Assembly (NCBI GenBank): GCA_973895155.1
Contig: OZ316899.1
Location: forward strand, 6,699,241 to 6,763,240
DNA: 64,000 nucleotides
From: Marsupella aquatica
Lineage: Eukaryota > Plantae > Marchantiophyta
Direction of reading: 5' to 3'
Shown here: piece after piece, positions 36,017 to 48,891 of the stretch
Numbering within the stretch: position 1 is the stretch's first letter
How the letters are laid out: every line of letters begins with the position of its first letter
Notes under the pieces: model-generated
Told to the model about the DNA's origin: nothing
Seen by the model: only the letters and a program-made list of their open reading frames with translations
Database searches by the model: none
Program-made: the position numbers and the translations under genes

Positions 36017-39000
36017 ATGAGCTCCTCTTCAAGGGGCTTGACCCTCTTCGGTTTCCCCAAGTCTGACTCTTTGGGGCCAGCAGGCTTACTACCTGAACCC
36101 ATGGACACCCCAGCAGTGTAAGTTTGGAAACTCCCAATTTCTGTCTCGCCAGCCTCCCCCATCAAGGTGTGAGGGCCCTCTTTGTAAATCCGTTTCCTCT
36201 TGGTTCTCTCCAAGATCGCTTCCTGGATCTCCCGCCTCATATTGCCAAAGAACTCGGCATTGGTAAACCCTTGAGCATGTTGGCTCCAGAACTTCTTAGC
36301 TACAACCTCCGGGTACATGGCCTGGTCCACATCCCTGCCAAGCACCCAGCCCGGGTCCTTCCTGATCGGTTTCCCTTTCTCCGGCTCTTTCTCGCTCATT
36401 TCCTCTTCTTCAAACCTAACCCTTCTTTCCTTGTCTCGAGTATCCCGCCTTTCTCGTTCCCCTGATTGAGACGGAGTGTCATCCTTGTTGGTTTTCTTCC
36501 TTTTTGACTCGACTGAGGCATCCCAACTAGCCCCAACCTCAACCATTATCGCATTGATCAGCACCGGGTCACTCCATCTGGATCTCTCTTGCACCAGATC
36601 CGCCAAGCGCTTGTAAAACTTGTCCGTTTCCGTCACGGGGCCATCCAACTCCACATTGTAAACATTCACTTCCAAGTGCGAAGAGGATGCCTCTTTGACT
36701 CGCTTCCCAACTCACTTCTCAGCCAAAGCCTTCATGCCTCCCTTGTTGGAGTTGAATGGAATCGGCTCTTCAGTATTGGCAAACGATATCTTTTTCTGAC
36801 CAACTTCACCGATGAACTTGATCAGCCCTTTATCCGCAGCTTCCCTCAGGTCCAGGCACTCCCGTTTGTCATGCTCTTTGCTGTTGCACCACATGCATGG
36901 CCAACTCTGCATCTCTCGCTTCCTCTCGGGAGCACTCGCAACCCTCAATTTTGGATTCTTGACCGCATGTGCCACCAAGATCTTCAGGTTCTGCATCATT
37001 TCCGCAAGATCATCCACTGATGGTTTGATCTCATCCTTCGCTCCCTTTTCTGAATATCGGTTCCGGTGGCCTTAGGTCAAGAGTGGTAGCCTCCTTGTCT
37101 AGCTCTCGCCGCCGGTGTCGATTGCTCACTTTTGACACCGCTTTCTCAACTTGGTTCCAGTCGTTAGACAAGGTAACTCTCGAAGGTTCCAGCTGCTCCA
37201 TCGCATTCTCAAGCTCCTCTCGAAGGTCGTCATCGGCTGCCCTCAAGAAGAGCGTCAAGCGCTGCAACTCAATGATTCCCACATCCCGCTTCGGTAACTG
37301 AGACACCCTTCTCTTGAACTCCCTTAGGAGCTCTTGCAGCCCCTTCAGCTTCTTGTTCTTGTCATTCACCCAATCCAAGAAGGTAGCCTGCGTGAACCGA
37401 TCAGCATCCTCCACTTGGAACTCCTCTTTCATCTTCTAGTCGAAGTCATCCCAGCCCTCAGTTGACTCAACGATGGTCCGCACCGTCAAACTCAACTCCT
37501 TCTCAACCAGCACCATGAACTCTTTCACGGCCGTCCCTTCGTCCAACTTGTAGACAACTGCTTCTATCAAGTAAGACTTAAGGTAGCTTGTCACATTTCT
37601 CCCATCAAACTGCCCATTCTCCTTCAGAACCTCTTGGAGACACCGAGTAGTTCATTCGCTTCCCTATTCGCCCTTTCCGACTCAAGCTCTTCCTTCCTTA
37701 TGGTTCTCATCATCGACATGACGATGCTCGAGATCCGATCAACTTCGTCATAGTCACCCATCTCATCCAATTGCCCCAAGGACTCCCCAATATGGTCACC
37801 AATGTCGCGAGGACTTAAAGTTAGGGGCTCCTTGGGCAAATTGCGCCTTTTTGGCAACGATTGGGACAGGCAACAAGCACTTTTTGGAGCAAACTCTCAC
37901 TCCTTTATATTTTTTACTTTTCTCACAAAGGTTACAATAGGTGCCCTCGAGTAAGCTTGCCCGCAAGAGTGTGGTAGCTGGCACTACGGCGGGCTGCTAC
38001 CTCTAACTTGTTGAGTAGAACTCCTCGAGTGACTAACTACTTAAAATCTGACGGAAAAACTATCCTCCTTAGCTCACAAAACCAAAAGTCGACTAGCTAC
38101 TTCACTAGTCTAAAACAACTCACACGGAACTCGGGCCTGGACCAACGAGGCTCCAAACTCAAGAAATCCTCGCTTGGATCGACGAGACTCCAAACTTGAG
38201 AAATCCCCGCCTAGATTGACGAGACTCCAAACTTGAGAAATCCCCGCTGGATTGAAAACTCCACACCTGGATCCAACACTTGCCCAAAACTCCAAAACTG
38301 TCGCACAACAGTCGAGTTCCGCAAAACAGAGCGGAACTTCACAGAAAGCAACTCAACAGATCTCAATAGACAACCGCCAACCTCAATGAGACGAGGCTCA
38401 AGTCTTAAGTAGCATCGGAAACCCAACCATCCAGCCTGAGCCAGCTGCCATCAGCAAGGCTCATCCAAACTCCAAGCCTGGTGACTCACCTAAACACCAA
38501 ACCTGGTGACGATGAGTCACCCAATCACCAAACCTCAATCCATCCAACCAAGTAGCCCCTCCAAGTCAGCATGCACGGAACCCAACCGGGAGGCCTCGCC
38601 CATCATCCCCTATAAAAGTCATTCCTGAGCCAAAATCTTTCGGCACAACAACGTGGCACTGGCGAGGCAAGGGGCCAAGCTGGGGACACACACTAAGGAC
38701 TTGGACTAGGCTGGTCGGGTCAAGGGGAAATGGGCCGGACTCAAGGATGGCCGTCCGAAATGTCGGATGGACTTTCAGTTCTGAGGGCTTGAGAGTGAGC
38801 TCCTCTTGGGCCCAAGGCCAATGGAGTTGATGCCATGGGCAACGGACGCTTGGGGCGCAAGTTGTGGCCCGATCCGGGTTGGGCCGGTCGGGGGCCCCAA
38901 GCAGCGATCAGACCTGAGGGCCTAGGCATGAGCACTGGGTCGGCCTGGTCACAACGGGCTAAGGCACTCCGCTTGCGGATGCCTATCAAGAAAGTTATGG

Positions 39001-40907
39001 GCGTTGCCAGTTGGTGGCGCGCCCATTATGCGCGATGAGATCCAGGTTGGGGGCCAAATATTTAGGGACCAAAGCTGGTCCGGGGGTTGCAGGTCTCCAA
39101 AAGCATATATGAGGGGAGTGGTGTCTCCCTGGGGGCTAAGGCCGAGCCGAAGTCGTGAGCCGCGGTGGTCGCGACACTAAGGGAAACCGCCAAACAGAAA
39201 TGACGATATCTTCCCAACGGGAAGTCCGTTGGAGGACTTCTTGGGTGCGTTAGAAATCTCTTGAGGAGGGATACGCCCTCTTGAGCTTAGATGGGTCCGG
39301 GGGTGCCACGGGTCCTTGTGGTTTGCGCATGTTAACTCATCCGCTTGCCAAACCCTACCGAACAGCAGCCAAGCCGCGTTTAGTCTCCCAAGGGAGCTTG
39401 CGTTGGGGAGGCAAGGCCAAGTAGGTATGGAGGTTGAGTTCCAAGTGTGTTAGGTCCCTAGATTGTCAGTGGGGCAAGTCGGGAGTTGGTTGCTAGAGGC
39501 GGGGCCATTCTGGTCTCGGCGTGTTGGGACAAGCTTTAGGACAAGCTAGGCTACTTGGGCCATGAGCATGTCCTGAGGTCAGGGCAGTCAGTTGGTGATG
39601 GATAGGTACGAGGGGGAACCCGGGCTGCGCCCATGGAAGGAGATGTTCTAGACAAACAGTGGGCGTGGGTTCTGGTTCTAGCTTATGGCATCGGGAGGAC
39701 CTATCGCGGACCTATTTAGAACGTCTGTTGAGCTTGAGTTAGGATGCTAGACTTGACGAGTTCCAGATCTTGAAGGGTTACTTACCGAGGTGCTTGGTTT
39801 CTTGAGCAGACAGTGAGGACCGTTGAGTAAAGGTAGGGTAGGTGAGCAAGTGCGGCTTCGTATGGGAGGGGCCGCTGGTGGTGCAAGGGGCACTAGGGTG
39901 CTTGCTCGAAGTATTCCGTGAAGGCATTCGGGCACCAGGGGCACTTAGGCGTGAGTACTGGGATTGGTGAGGGCACTGGGTGGCAAGGTCCACCACTAAA
40001 CCGGAGTCCAGTGGATATACTCCACGATACATCTACTTCAATCAACTTTGAGAGAATTGTTTTTGTGGACCCTCAACCTATAGCTTCCACATCTTGAGCT
40101 CCAGATGAGTATCAAGTCACTTATAGTTGCAAACCATGGAAGAGACTATAGAGAGCTAGAGATTTGGTGGAATTGCATGTTGCTGGAGATTTTGACAAGG
40201 TCCAGATGGAACCAAATGCAACTAGAGGCGAGATAGCTCTTTATTCAGAAGAATTATACTTAGAGAAAGAGCTTTCAAGTGCTGAAATCATAGGTGGAGA
40301 GATTCTGGAGCAAGTACAGTCCTTACTTCTCCTGAGACTCCACCTTACCCACCTGCTAAGGAGTCTGAGATTACTTCCGCAACACCAGGAGTAATGTTTT
40401 GTTGGATTGGAGCACCTAGTGATGGTAGTGAAGATGAGGCAGATCCCAGAATTATTTGAATTCCACCACGACTGGGAAGATCAGTTGAGTTACCCTCCCC
40501 TGTTCCTGTCCCCAATCTTGCTTCTATTCATCGTTGGACGAAGAAGGATTACCAAATAGCTTTCAGGCATCTGGAAGTCGAGAGTATCAGACAATAGCAA
40601 CAGATTTTGCCAGGGATATGTCCTCAAGGCATTCATACTTTGATACCTACCTATAAGTTTCCAAAGATTGTTCCACCAATTGATAAGGATAGGAAAATGT
40701 GATGCCTAGCCAGGAATCACTAGGCCAGTTTAAATGATAAAATAAGGAGTAACCCTGGAAATACATTAGTATAGTAGCAAAAAGCTGGAAAATATAAACA
40801 ATTAAGGGTGGCTATGGAACCCGAGCCGAGGCCGGAAGTAAGAATGTCGGGGGAGGGAACACGATTAGGGTTAGTGCGCGCTAAGTGCCGGCGGCTATAG
40901 GTAACTA

Positions 40908-41868
40908 ATGGGAAGGAACACCAGTGAGGGAGGGGTAAGGATCGATCGCAAGGAATGGTGGCTCATTTGCAAGCACAAACTAAGCAAACGACTACGGGAG
41001 GCCAACTATTGTCCGCTGCTCAGGCAAGCACTCAAGGTGGAAGCAAATACCGACAATCAACTCAAGAAGGGTATGAGCAACGTCAATCAAGCTGCTCATT
41101 TTTGGGGATGCCTATTAGAACGGGCAACTGAGTACATTGGGACCTACGAGGACGAAGAATTGGAGAGAGCCGCTTGAGAATGGCAGGAGCTGGCTCGACT
41201 ATGGGAGCTGCAGAAGTCTACCTTCTTAGGAGGAGAACTCATCACGGCTGAATTCCTGTGGACGCCTACTACCGATGAACTTGACAATCTTTTGTTTTGT
41301 GAGAACAAAATAGTCGGCATCCGGGAAGCCATCAACCGCTGCAACGACATACACTGGGAGTTGAAGGGTAGCACGGAGGGGTGGACAAAGGCAACCGTGC
41401 TAGGAGAAACATCCACGGTAGCCGCTATGAAGAGGAAAGGGAACATCAATGAAGAGACCACCCCTGCGAAGAGAACAAGGTCGGCGGCACCAAGGAAGCC
41501 AGCCAAGCAAGGGAGCAGGAGGCAGGAAGAAGCCAAAGAAGAGGAGGTCAACCCCATCAATGTCGTTCCGACAAGAGATGACACCTGGAAAGGCTGGGCG
41601 GCGACCCTCCCCGAGGAAGTGCAATTACACTTTGCACGTGAAGAGGATGCATGCTTTATGGCTATGCAGACTCAGAAGTACTAAGGCTTCATGGCCGGAT
41701 CCGGCTTGGAAGCCTTTGTGAAGTTACCATGGCTGAAGCCGGAGGTGCCGAATTCAGACTTATTAGAATTTGTGGGATCCTGGGAGCCCGAGTCCAATTC
41801 CACAAGGGTGTATGGGAAGGATTTCTATCTCACTCCCCAAGTGATTGCCGAAGCGTTTGGCTTACCGA
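40908..41868 (+). pseudogene. Accessory PMD-like ORF, 5' part (split by the CACTA)
   Basis: ORFs at 40908, 41292 and 41691 share a frame, with stops at 41175 and 41682; ...GLEAFVKLPW...LTPQVIAEAFGLP continues in frame after 63302. Confidence 0.7.
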
Positions 41869-41897
41869 CACTAGTAGAAACCGGGGCAATTTAGACC
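41869..41897 (+). repeat. CACTA left TIR
   Basis: CACTAGTAGAAACCGGGGCAATTTAGACC. Confidence 0.93.
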
Positions 41898-42119
41898 AAA
41901 CCTTATAGGACTAAGGCCACTAAGTCCTTTTTTGCAACTTCAAATGACTCAAAACCATTGCACCGGTTCACATGAACACTACAAAAGACTGTGAGTGCTT
42001 TTTGGTTTAGGATAAGACTATCAAAAGTTTCCACGTACCCTAGTTTGTGAAAGGGTGAACACTCTCACACATGATGGTTGTAGGGTTTAGTTGTCAACTT
42101 TAATTTGATAATGGCCATA

Positions 42120-42470
42120 TGGGGGGACTTTACGTCCCGCTATATTGAACACGTACAAACTCAGTAAATGTCTAAATGCCCTAATGTCTCATATACTCCA
42201 TAGTGGGTTTAGGGGGGGTTTACGTCTCAAGGGTGGGCCGGTTATATGTGAAGGGTGTGGGGGGTCACCACTAAAGGGGGTTTAGGGGGGTTTATATGTC
42301 AAGGGTGAGTCGGTTTGGATACAACTTGGGGGTGGGGGTCAATAAAGGGGATTTATATCTCAAGGGTGTGCCGGTTATATGTCAAGGGTGTGGGGGGTCA
42401 CTAAATGGGGTTTAGGGGGGTTTATATGTCAAGCGTGGGGGGGGGGGGGGTTACATCTTCACGGGGTGAG
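42120..42470 (+). repeat. G-rich degenerate tandem repeats (GGGTTTAGGGGGG..TTATATGTCAAGGGTG)
   Basis: Five or six degenerate units with long G-runs and three TTTAGGG cores. Confidence 0.75.
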
Positions 42471-45094
42471 GGGCTCATGCTTCACATTTAGAGTCGTTGT
42501 GGTCAACTTCACACCCCAACGGTAAGGGCCTTCTTACCCTAATCAAGTTTAAGGGCGTGGGTTAACGCTTAACTTGTGGGCACGGGAGAATCTCATTGAT
42601 TACTTGGTGGCCTAAGCAAGGGGGTGGGGTCCTGGGTCGGGCGTTTGGGGTTTTCCAAAGGGTGCTGGGCTTCACCAACATCCCATTCTATTCAAGTTTG
42701 CCAAGCCAAGAACCGGTGTGCACGCATACCCAAGATTTTTGGGCTAGCATGATCCCGCTTTATTGAAGTTTTCCAAGCCAAGAAAAATCAGTAACATATC
42801 CAAGATGGCCATGCAGTAACACTTTGTAGTGGTGTCTCACTTTGGGTGACACTCAACGGCTCACTCAAACGGTAAGGCTCCCCTTAATGACTTAAGTCCC
42901 CTAATTTGGTAAAGAGGCACTAAACTTCACTTTGGGAGTGACTTTGGAGTGTTCGGGCCATCGTCATTGGACTTAGAACGTGAGGGGTCCAAGGTTCGGG
43001 GTTTTACGTAGGGTTCTTTTTCATGTTGCCCACTTTTGCGATGATTGCAGACTTCCCTTCCCGCGCGTAATGTGATGGTAGGGCGAAGAGGGTTGTGCTG
43101 GTAGGGCGAAAAAGGTTGTGGCTGCGAAAGGGCAATGTGTAGCACAACGGCAACATTGTCAAGGGCAGTCCTGAGTGCTTACATTTTCAGTGAGTTGCAG
43201 TCCGGGAGGAGCTGTGATCTGGGGACTGAGGCGCTGAGGGTTTAGCTGAGGGGAGGAGTTGTGCGCCATTGCGGTTGCGGACCAAAGCTTGTGTGGTGAG
43301 ACAGTGGTGGGAGTTTGGTGGGAGGAGAGCTAAGGTTCCAAGTTTGACTAATCCACAAGTGACCAACCTGCTGCTGCGGAAGGTGGACCTGCATGCTCCT
43401 GCGGAAGGTGGACTACGGAAGGAAATCGCTGAGGAAGGCGATCCATGCGGAAGGCGATTGCTGCGAAAGGTGGACTGTAGTGGCTCCTTAAGCTTGCGGA
43501 GGCATTGCAAAGACAGTCTACTCACAGTGGAGTTGTGCTCGCTGCTCATCGATTGGAAGCTGATTGGGCTGCTCCATCTTCAAGCTGTACGCGCAACTTT
43601 CAGGTGACCTTCTTGAGCGCTGATTCATACACTCCATTGTTTGAGCTAGACTTTCCACTACCATTTCTTCTTCATAGCTACGATGACCACTGCATTGCCT
43701 TACTCTGTTCATTGCAGTAGCACAACATTGCATGTCCATCACGGGTTTTTCTTTAAGGAATCGCGGAATGACTGGATCTAAAGCTTGCAGTCTTGACTCA
43801 GAACGAGGTTAAACCACCTTTGCAACTTGTCGCTGGCCCTTAGACGCAGAATGCTCCGCTGTGATATTGCCTCCAACTTTTCTAGTGCCGTCTAGGCAAT
43901 TAGACTGCTTTTGAGAAAACTGCCCTTCTTAAAAGTGAGCAATACTAATAAATCCCGGTAGGCGCAGAGCTGGGCGGAGCTGCGGGTACTGAGGGAGCTG
44001 GGTGTGAGGGTTGGTTATGATGGCCGTGGACCTACCGTGGGCTATGGTGGAACACTCTATTGTCTATGATGATTCTGAATCTGCTTGAACCGCGAGTGGA
44101 TGTGCTTTAAGGCAAACTCGTCAGAGAAATTAGAATGGGGGGATGGAGCTATGAGTGCTTAGGTTGTGGCATTTTTGAGATTGTCAAGAGTAATCTGTGA
44201 TCTCATTTCTAAATGGTTTGAGTTTTTTCTGATGTGCACAGGAATCGGGCTGAGGAAAGCTTTTCGGAAGAAGATTTCTGCCAGGTCTACGCCTGTAATC
44301 CTTTGTCTATTGGTCGCTGTCATCTGCATTTTTTTAGGGACCGTCCACAGTTGCGGTGGGAGTGGATAGTGCTGGTCACCTGTTCAGTAGGTGCAAGGTG
44401 AGAGGGTGGAGAAGACCTGCGCTGCTCAGAATAGAAGTGGCGAGGTTGAGGGGAGCACCCGGGGGAGCAACTGCAAGCTTACCATCTTCAGAGTGGGGAT
44501 TTTCTTGGGGATTTCTGCTAAACTGCTCTGGCTTTCTTCTCGGAGGTAAGCTACTCCGGACTGTCACTTAGCGAGTTGGTCGCGCTACTGGAAGTACTAC
44601 CACTTTTACTATAACGCCAACCTCAGTGCTTTTTATAGAATGCTTTGTTGTTCTTCTACTCGGCATGGCATCATCTTGATTGCCCGTCGCGCTGTGACCA
44701 GCAATGGAAAGCGTAGACCCTTGCTAGTCAAAAAGCTGCGAGGTCTGATTTATGTCTTGCTGGAGTTTTGTTCCTCTATGTGCTTTGTTGTGTTAGCTTT
44801 GTTTGTTGTGATCTGTCTTACCCTACTGAGTACTAGTTTTACACTCTGCGATCCGACTTCATTCCCTACAAATAAATGGACATGACACTGTCTTGCTGGA
44901 GTTTTGGTGGTCTAGCTCTGTGCTTTGTTTGCTGTGATTGGTCTTACCCTGTTGAGTACTATGGTAATGGTAATGGTAATGGTAATGTATTATAAGCTCC
45001 GGGACCATGAAAGTCAAAGGAGCTGCCACAAAAAGTAAAGTACAATGCAATCAAAGAAAAGAGCAACCAAAAGAGATTGCTCAGAAGAGGACAA

Positions 45095-48000
45095 CTATGT
45101 CCTCAAAGAAACTATGGACCTAGAGAGCCTTGAAAGATTTTCCAAACCTATTCTCCTTTCCCTATCCACCGCAAAGATATATCTTCCAAGTTGCTGAGGG
45201 GGCAGACCAAACAATGCATACAAATCTTTCACCAAGATTTGAGATGCCATCCTAACCTCCTCATAAAACTTGCAAGCAATGAATACATGATATTCATTCT
45301 CTATACTAGAGCTATCACATAGTTGACAAACCCTCTTTTTCCTGTCAATATCCTTCCATCTCCCTTGTTCTACTTCAAGGTGGTGTGAGCTTAGTCTATA
45401 CTGAGCAATAAGTTGTCTAAGTTGTACTGAGATAGTGCTAGATAAGTATTCTTGTTCTCGATATTTCTTCATGGGGTTCACATCTCTCATGTAATATTGC
45501 TGCCGTGGGCTAGGTTCATGCCAAAGTTTGTGCAAAGCCTTTTGCTCAAGTTTTGCTCTTAGCTTGGTTGGGTGTGTGCCAATTCATGTTCAGGAAAATC
45601 CCAAGCATGGGCCCACCTGCACACATCTGCATACCACCCTTTAGCTGAAGATGAGCGCAAGGCATGAAAAGGAAATCTGTTTTCCTCCAACTCTCTTACA
45701 CGCATGATGTATTTGAGTGTGTGGAAGAGTGCCTCCACCTCCAAAGGAAACAAGCCTGCCTCTGCAAGTGTAAGTGCATATGGGGTTTGTGACTTGATCC
45801 CAAGCTCCATCTCAAGAAATAGCTTTTGCAGCCCCTCAATCTGTTGCCACCCAGATTTAGACACACCTGCTCCCCAAATTGGTGCTCCATAAAGAATGAC
45901 TGGTTTCACCAAAGCTCCAAAGTGATGTTTCCTTAACCTCCAAGTGTGTAGACCAGCTCTTTTGTATTTGTTCATGAATGCATAAAAAGCTCTGTACCCA
46001 TTGGCAGCCCTAGATTTTACACATGAGGCCCAACTCAAGTTTTGAGAGAACTCCACCCCAAGGTATTTGTAGGTCCTCACAAATTCCACCAGATTCCCTT
46101 GGAAGTAGAGCTCTGGATTTTGTCGTGTGCCAATGCCCAAACACTTGGTCTTCTTGAGGTTGACTACCATCCTTGTTGCTTGACAAAACTCCTCCAAGGC
46201 AGTGAGATGTCTTTGCAAAGCTTCTTGAGCATGAGCAAGTAGGACCACATCATCTGCAAATATAAGAAGTTGGAGGACAAACCTACCCAATTGAGTGCCA
46301 ACTCCACCATGCTCCTCCAAAATGTTGTGTAGCTGATCAATGAAGATGCCAAAGAGAGTTGGTGAGAGAGGACAACCTTGGATCACCCCAAGAGTGCTCC
46401 AGATTTCTTCAGAGGTTTCCTTTGAAAGTTTGATGCGCACTTCTTGGTACAATTTAGAAACAGCCAACCTGAGCTCTTCAGGCACTTCCAACTCCACCAT
46501 CCTATCCCAAAGCTTGGATCGGGAAACTTTGTCAAAGGCCTTGGAGAAGTCCACAAACAAGCAAAATAATGGTTTATGTGGAGATTTGGCCTTTTCACAC
46601 AACACCCTCAAGCAGAGAATGTGATCCATAGTGCTGAATTCTCTCCTAAAACCTGCTTGTGAAGGTGCCCTTTTCATCTCACTCTCCAACCAAGAGCTTA
46701 ATCTGGCTTCAAGTAGTCCTCCCAAAACTTTAGCAAAAGTATTGCCTACCATGATGGTTCTGTAGTTGTGCACATCGTCCTTGTTGCCTGCCTTGAAGAT
46801 AGGCACCACTCTTCTGGTCATCCAAGCTTTAGGTAAACCTAAAGCCATTGCTTGATTCAGCTCATGCACCAAGTTTGTTAGTAAAGAGGGTCCTCCCCAC
46901 AAAAGAAGCTCCAAGTTCAGGCCCAACAGATCTTTAGCTTTCCCATGTTGCATGTGGGAAAGATGCACCTTCACCTCCCTCTCTGTAAACTGAATGGTGT
47001 CCCCAAGGGGCAAAGGCATGCCACTAGCATCTGGAAAGAAATACAAGGATGTGACATAGGTTACCAGGTCCTGGTGATCCAAGGGGGGAGTAGTCTTGCC
47101 TGATTGCATTCTCCCCCAAAAACGTTTTGGATGTTTGATGAACTCCTCACATAGTGATTGTTGATGACTCTTCAAGAAGCACCTCTTCTTGTGTTTGATG
47201 AAGTTCTTGTACATAGTGAATGCCAAAAGTCTCTTTTCCCCTGAATGTGATCTTACTTGCATCCTTGCTCTAGCACAATCCTCGTCAAACCAAGCCTTCA
47301 TGTTTTGCTTTCTAGGGGGTTTGGTGGAGAAAGTAGAGGCTGCTGCTTGTGCTATGACTTCTGAGAGCTCAATCTGATCATCCAGGGTATGGAGAAGATG
47401 TTCAAAGTTGGCTTTGAAGATGACTTCTCTATCAGGGTCTAGAAACAGAGGTTTGGGTACTGGCTTTCTATGCACTTTGTTTGGGATTGTGGTCAGGTCA
47501 AGATGGAACAACAAAGGCAAGTGTGAAGACTCTGGTTGTTGATCAAGTATTTGAAAGTCAACCACTCTAGTGGCAGAGGTAGGTGAGGCAAGAAGGTAAT
47601 CAATGGTACTACATCCTTGTTTAGATCTAAAAGTGTAACCAGATGATTGGGGAAATCTCTCAAGCCCATTCAATATTCTTAGATTACAAGAAGCTCCCAA
47701 ATGCAAAAAGTGACGTGTCATGTCATTTGTTCTGGTGTCAAGAGCCTCTCTCACCCAAGGTATCTATTCACTACATGATGACCAAGGTAAAGTTCCTAAG
47801 TCCTCACTTTCAGTAAATTGTTCATTAGATACCCTGGCATTAAAGTCCCCCACTATCCATGTCTCCCCTAGTGGTGATATATCATGAATGACTTGGATTA
47901 ACCTATGAAATGGATAATGTGCATCAGCAATTCCCATCTTATAGACATTCATATTAAGGGGAGCAAAGTAGGTGACAATCAGAAATGATGGAGTACCTCT

Positions 48001-48297
48001 GGTATGAAGTCTCACCACCATGAACTGCTTGCTGGGATCTTCATGTTCAATAGAGGTGATGTGTTGAAGTTGATTCTTGGTGTAGACAGCAATGCCTCCA
48101 AACCCTCTTCCCCGTGTGGTCTTCTTCTCATTGAAGATGGATTGTATGCAAGTAAAGCCTTTAATGCTAGGTAGAGCATTTCCCTCATATTCCCAAGTCT
48201 CCGTGAAAAGCAAGATGTCAAAATTCTCAAACAAAGGTTCCCCTCCAATTGCTGTTTCTATGGAAAGTCCTGAAACATTCCATGCCATGACTCTCAA
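45095..48297 (-). pseudogene. LINE ORF2: APE endonuclease, RT, C-terminal Zn finger
   Basis: MAWNVSGL, TETW, GDFNAR, STIDY; QAGFR, FVDFSKAFD, QGCPLSP, FADD, YKYLG; RLSSHHLEVEQGRW..RVCQLC..ENEYH..C. TAG at 47764 and a frameshift near 45560. Confidence 0.9.
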
Positions 48298-48309
48298 GGT
48301 CCCAATCCA

Positions 48310-48891
48310 TCATTTAGAAACAACTCTCTTCTTATTGGTAACAACAGCTTGTCCATTGCGCAAGTAGGCTACCAATCCTTGGTCTTTGGCTACCCTCACC
48401 TTCTCAAGCTCAATTTTCCTTGCTTGGACTTGTGTGGGAGTCAGATCATCATCCAACCAAATCCTTAGCCCTTTAAGCATGCTCCTGTTAGCCATCACTC
48501 TAGCTTTCTCGGATTCAGCTGCAAACTTCACCAAGATTGGACGTGGAAGGTCCCCCTTCCTTTGCCCAATCCTATATGCTTGCAAAATGATAGGGTCATG
48601 CACTTTCATCTGAGATTGGAAGAATGAAATTGCTACCTTCTTGGTGTCTTCCTTCTCCTCCTCAACAAGGCCTGATATTTTGCAGTTGCTGACTCTTGCA
48701 TGCTGGTTCTTGTGTTCTTCCTCTAGTGCTCTCCTCTCCTCCTCCTTGGCTTGGACAAATTCCATATGTGATTGTTTTGCAGCCTGTGCAAAGGTTTTGA
48801 GCTTCTCCTCAATCTCCCCTACAGCCTCATGTATCACTGATTTCTTTGGGCACATACTCTTCTCCATGTCTCCAAAACACGATGCAAGCAA
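48310..48891 (-). CDS. LINE ORF1 (coiled coil + RRM-like)
   Basis: NCKISGLVEEEKED...YRIG...PRPILVKF...IWLDDDLT; true start uncertain. Confidence 0.75.
   Translation of the reverse strand: MLASCFGDMEKSMCPKKSVIHEAVGEIEEKLKTFAQAAKQSHMEFVQAKEEERRALEEEHKNQHARVSNCKISGLVEEEKEDTKKVAISFFQSQMKVHDPIILQAYRIGQRKGDLPRPILVKFAAESEKARVMANRSMLKGLRIWLDDDLTPTQVQARKIELEKVRVAKDQGLVAYLRNGQAVVTNKKRVVSK

Larger units (their letters stand above)
31003..37761 (-). pseudogene. Gag-protease plus integrase Zn-finger remnant, split by the insertion at 32434-36016
   Basis: FDGRNVTSYL gag start; WPCMWCNSKEHDKREC; YWARA...ALIDTGSKINLM...VILGMPF; EYWWPDLYWDV remnant. Removing the insertion rejoins EEEL-M-NLDNEF in frame. Confidence 0.8.
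30110..38650 (-). mobile_element. Non-autonomous Ty3/gypsy-derived LTR element (gag + protease, RT/RH absent)
   Basis: 848-bp TG...CA LTRs at 30110-30957 and 37803-38650; TSD ACGT (30106-30109, 38651-38654); PPT GGGGGAGGA next to 30957; PBS-like TGGTGACCATATTGGGG below 37802. Confidence 0.9.
22810..39997 (+). mobile_element. Chromovirus (Ty3/gypsy with classical chromodomain, Galadriel/Tcn1-like), degenerate; 3' LTR interrupted
   Basis: 5' LTR 22810-24301; PBS TGGTATCAGAGC; pol with chromodomain; PPT AAGGGGGGG at 29963-29971; 3' LTR split into 29976-30109 and 38651-39997. No matching TSD. Confidence 0.88.

Noticed and set aside
40000-40697. Degenerate plus-strand coding-like sequence
   Set aside because: Probably another retroelement fragment, but no motif was strong enough to call.
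43187-44885. ORFs in the CACTA 5' region, including repeated LRKVD peptides
   Set aside because: They arise from short GCGGAAGGTGGAC repeats, mostly have non-ATG starts and carry no domains; more likely leader or regulatory DNA.
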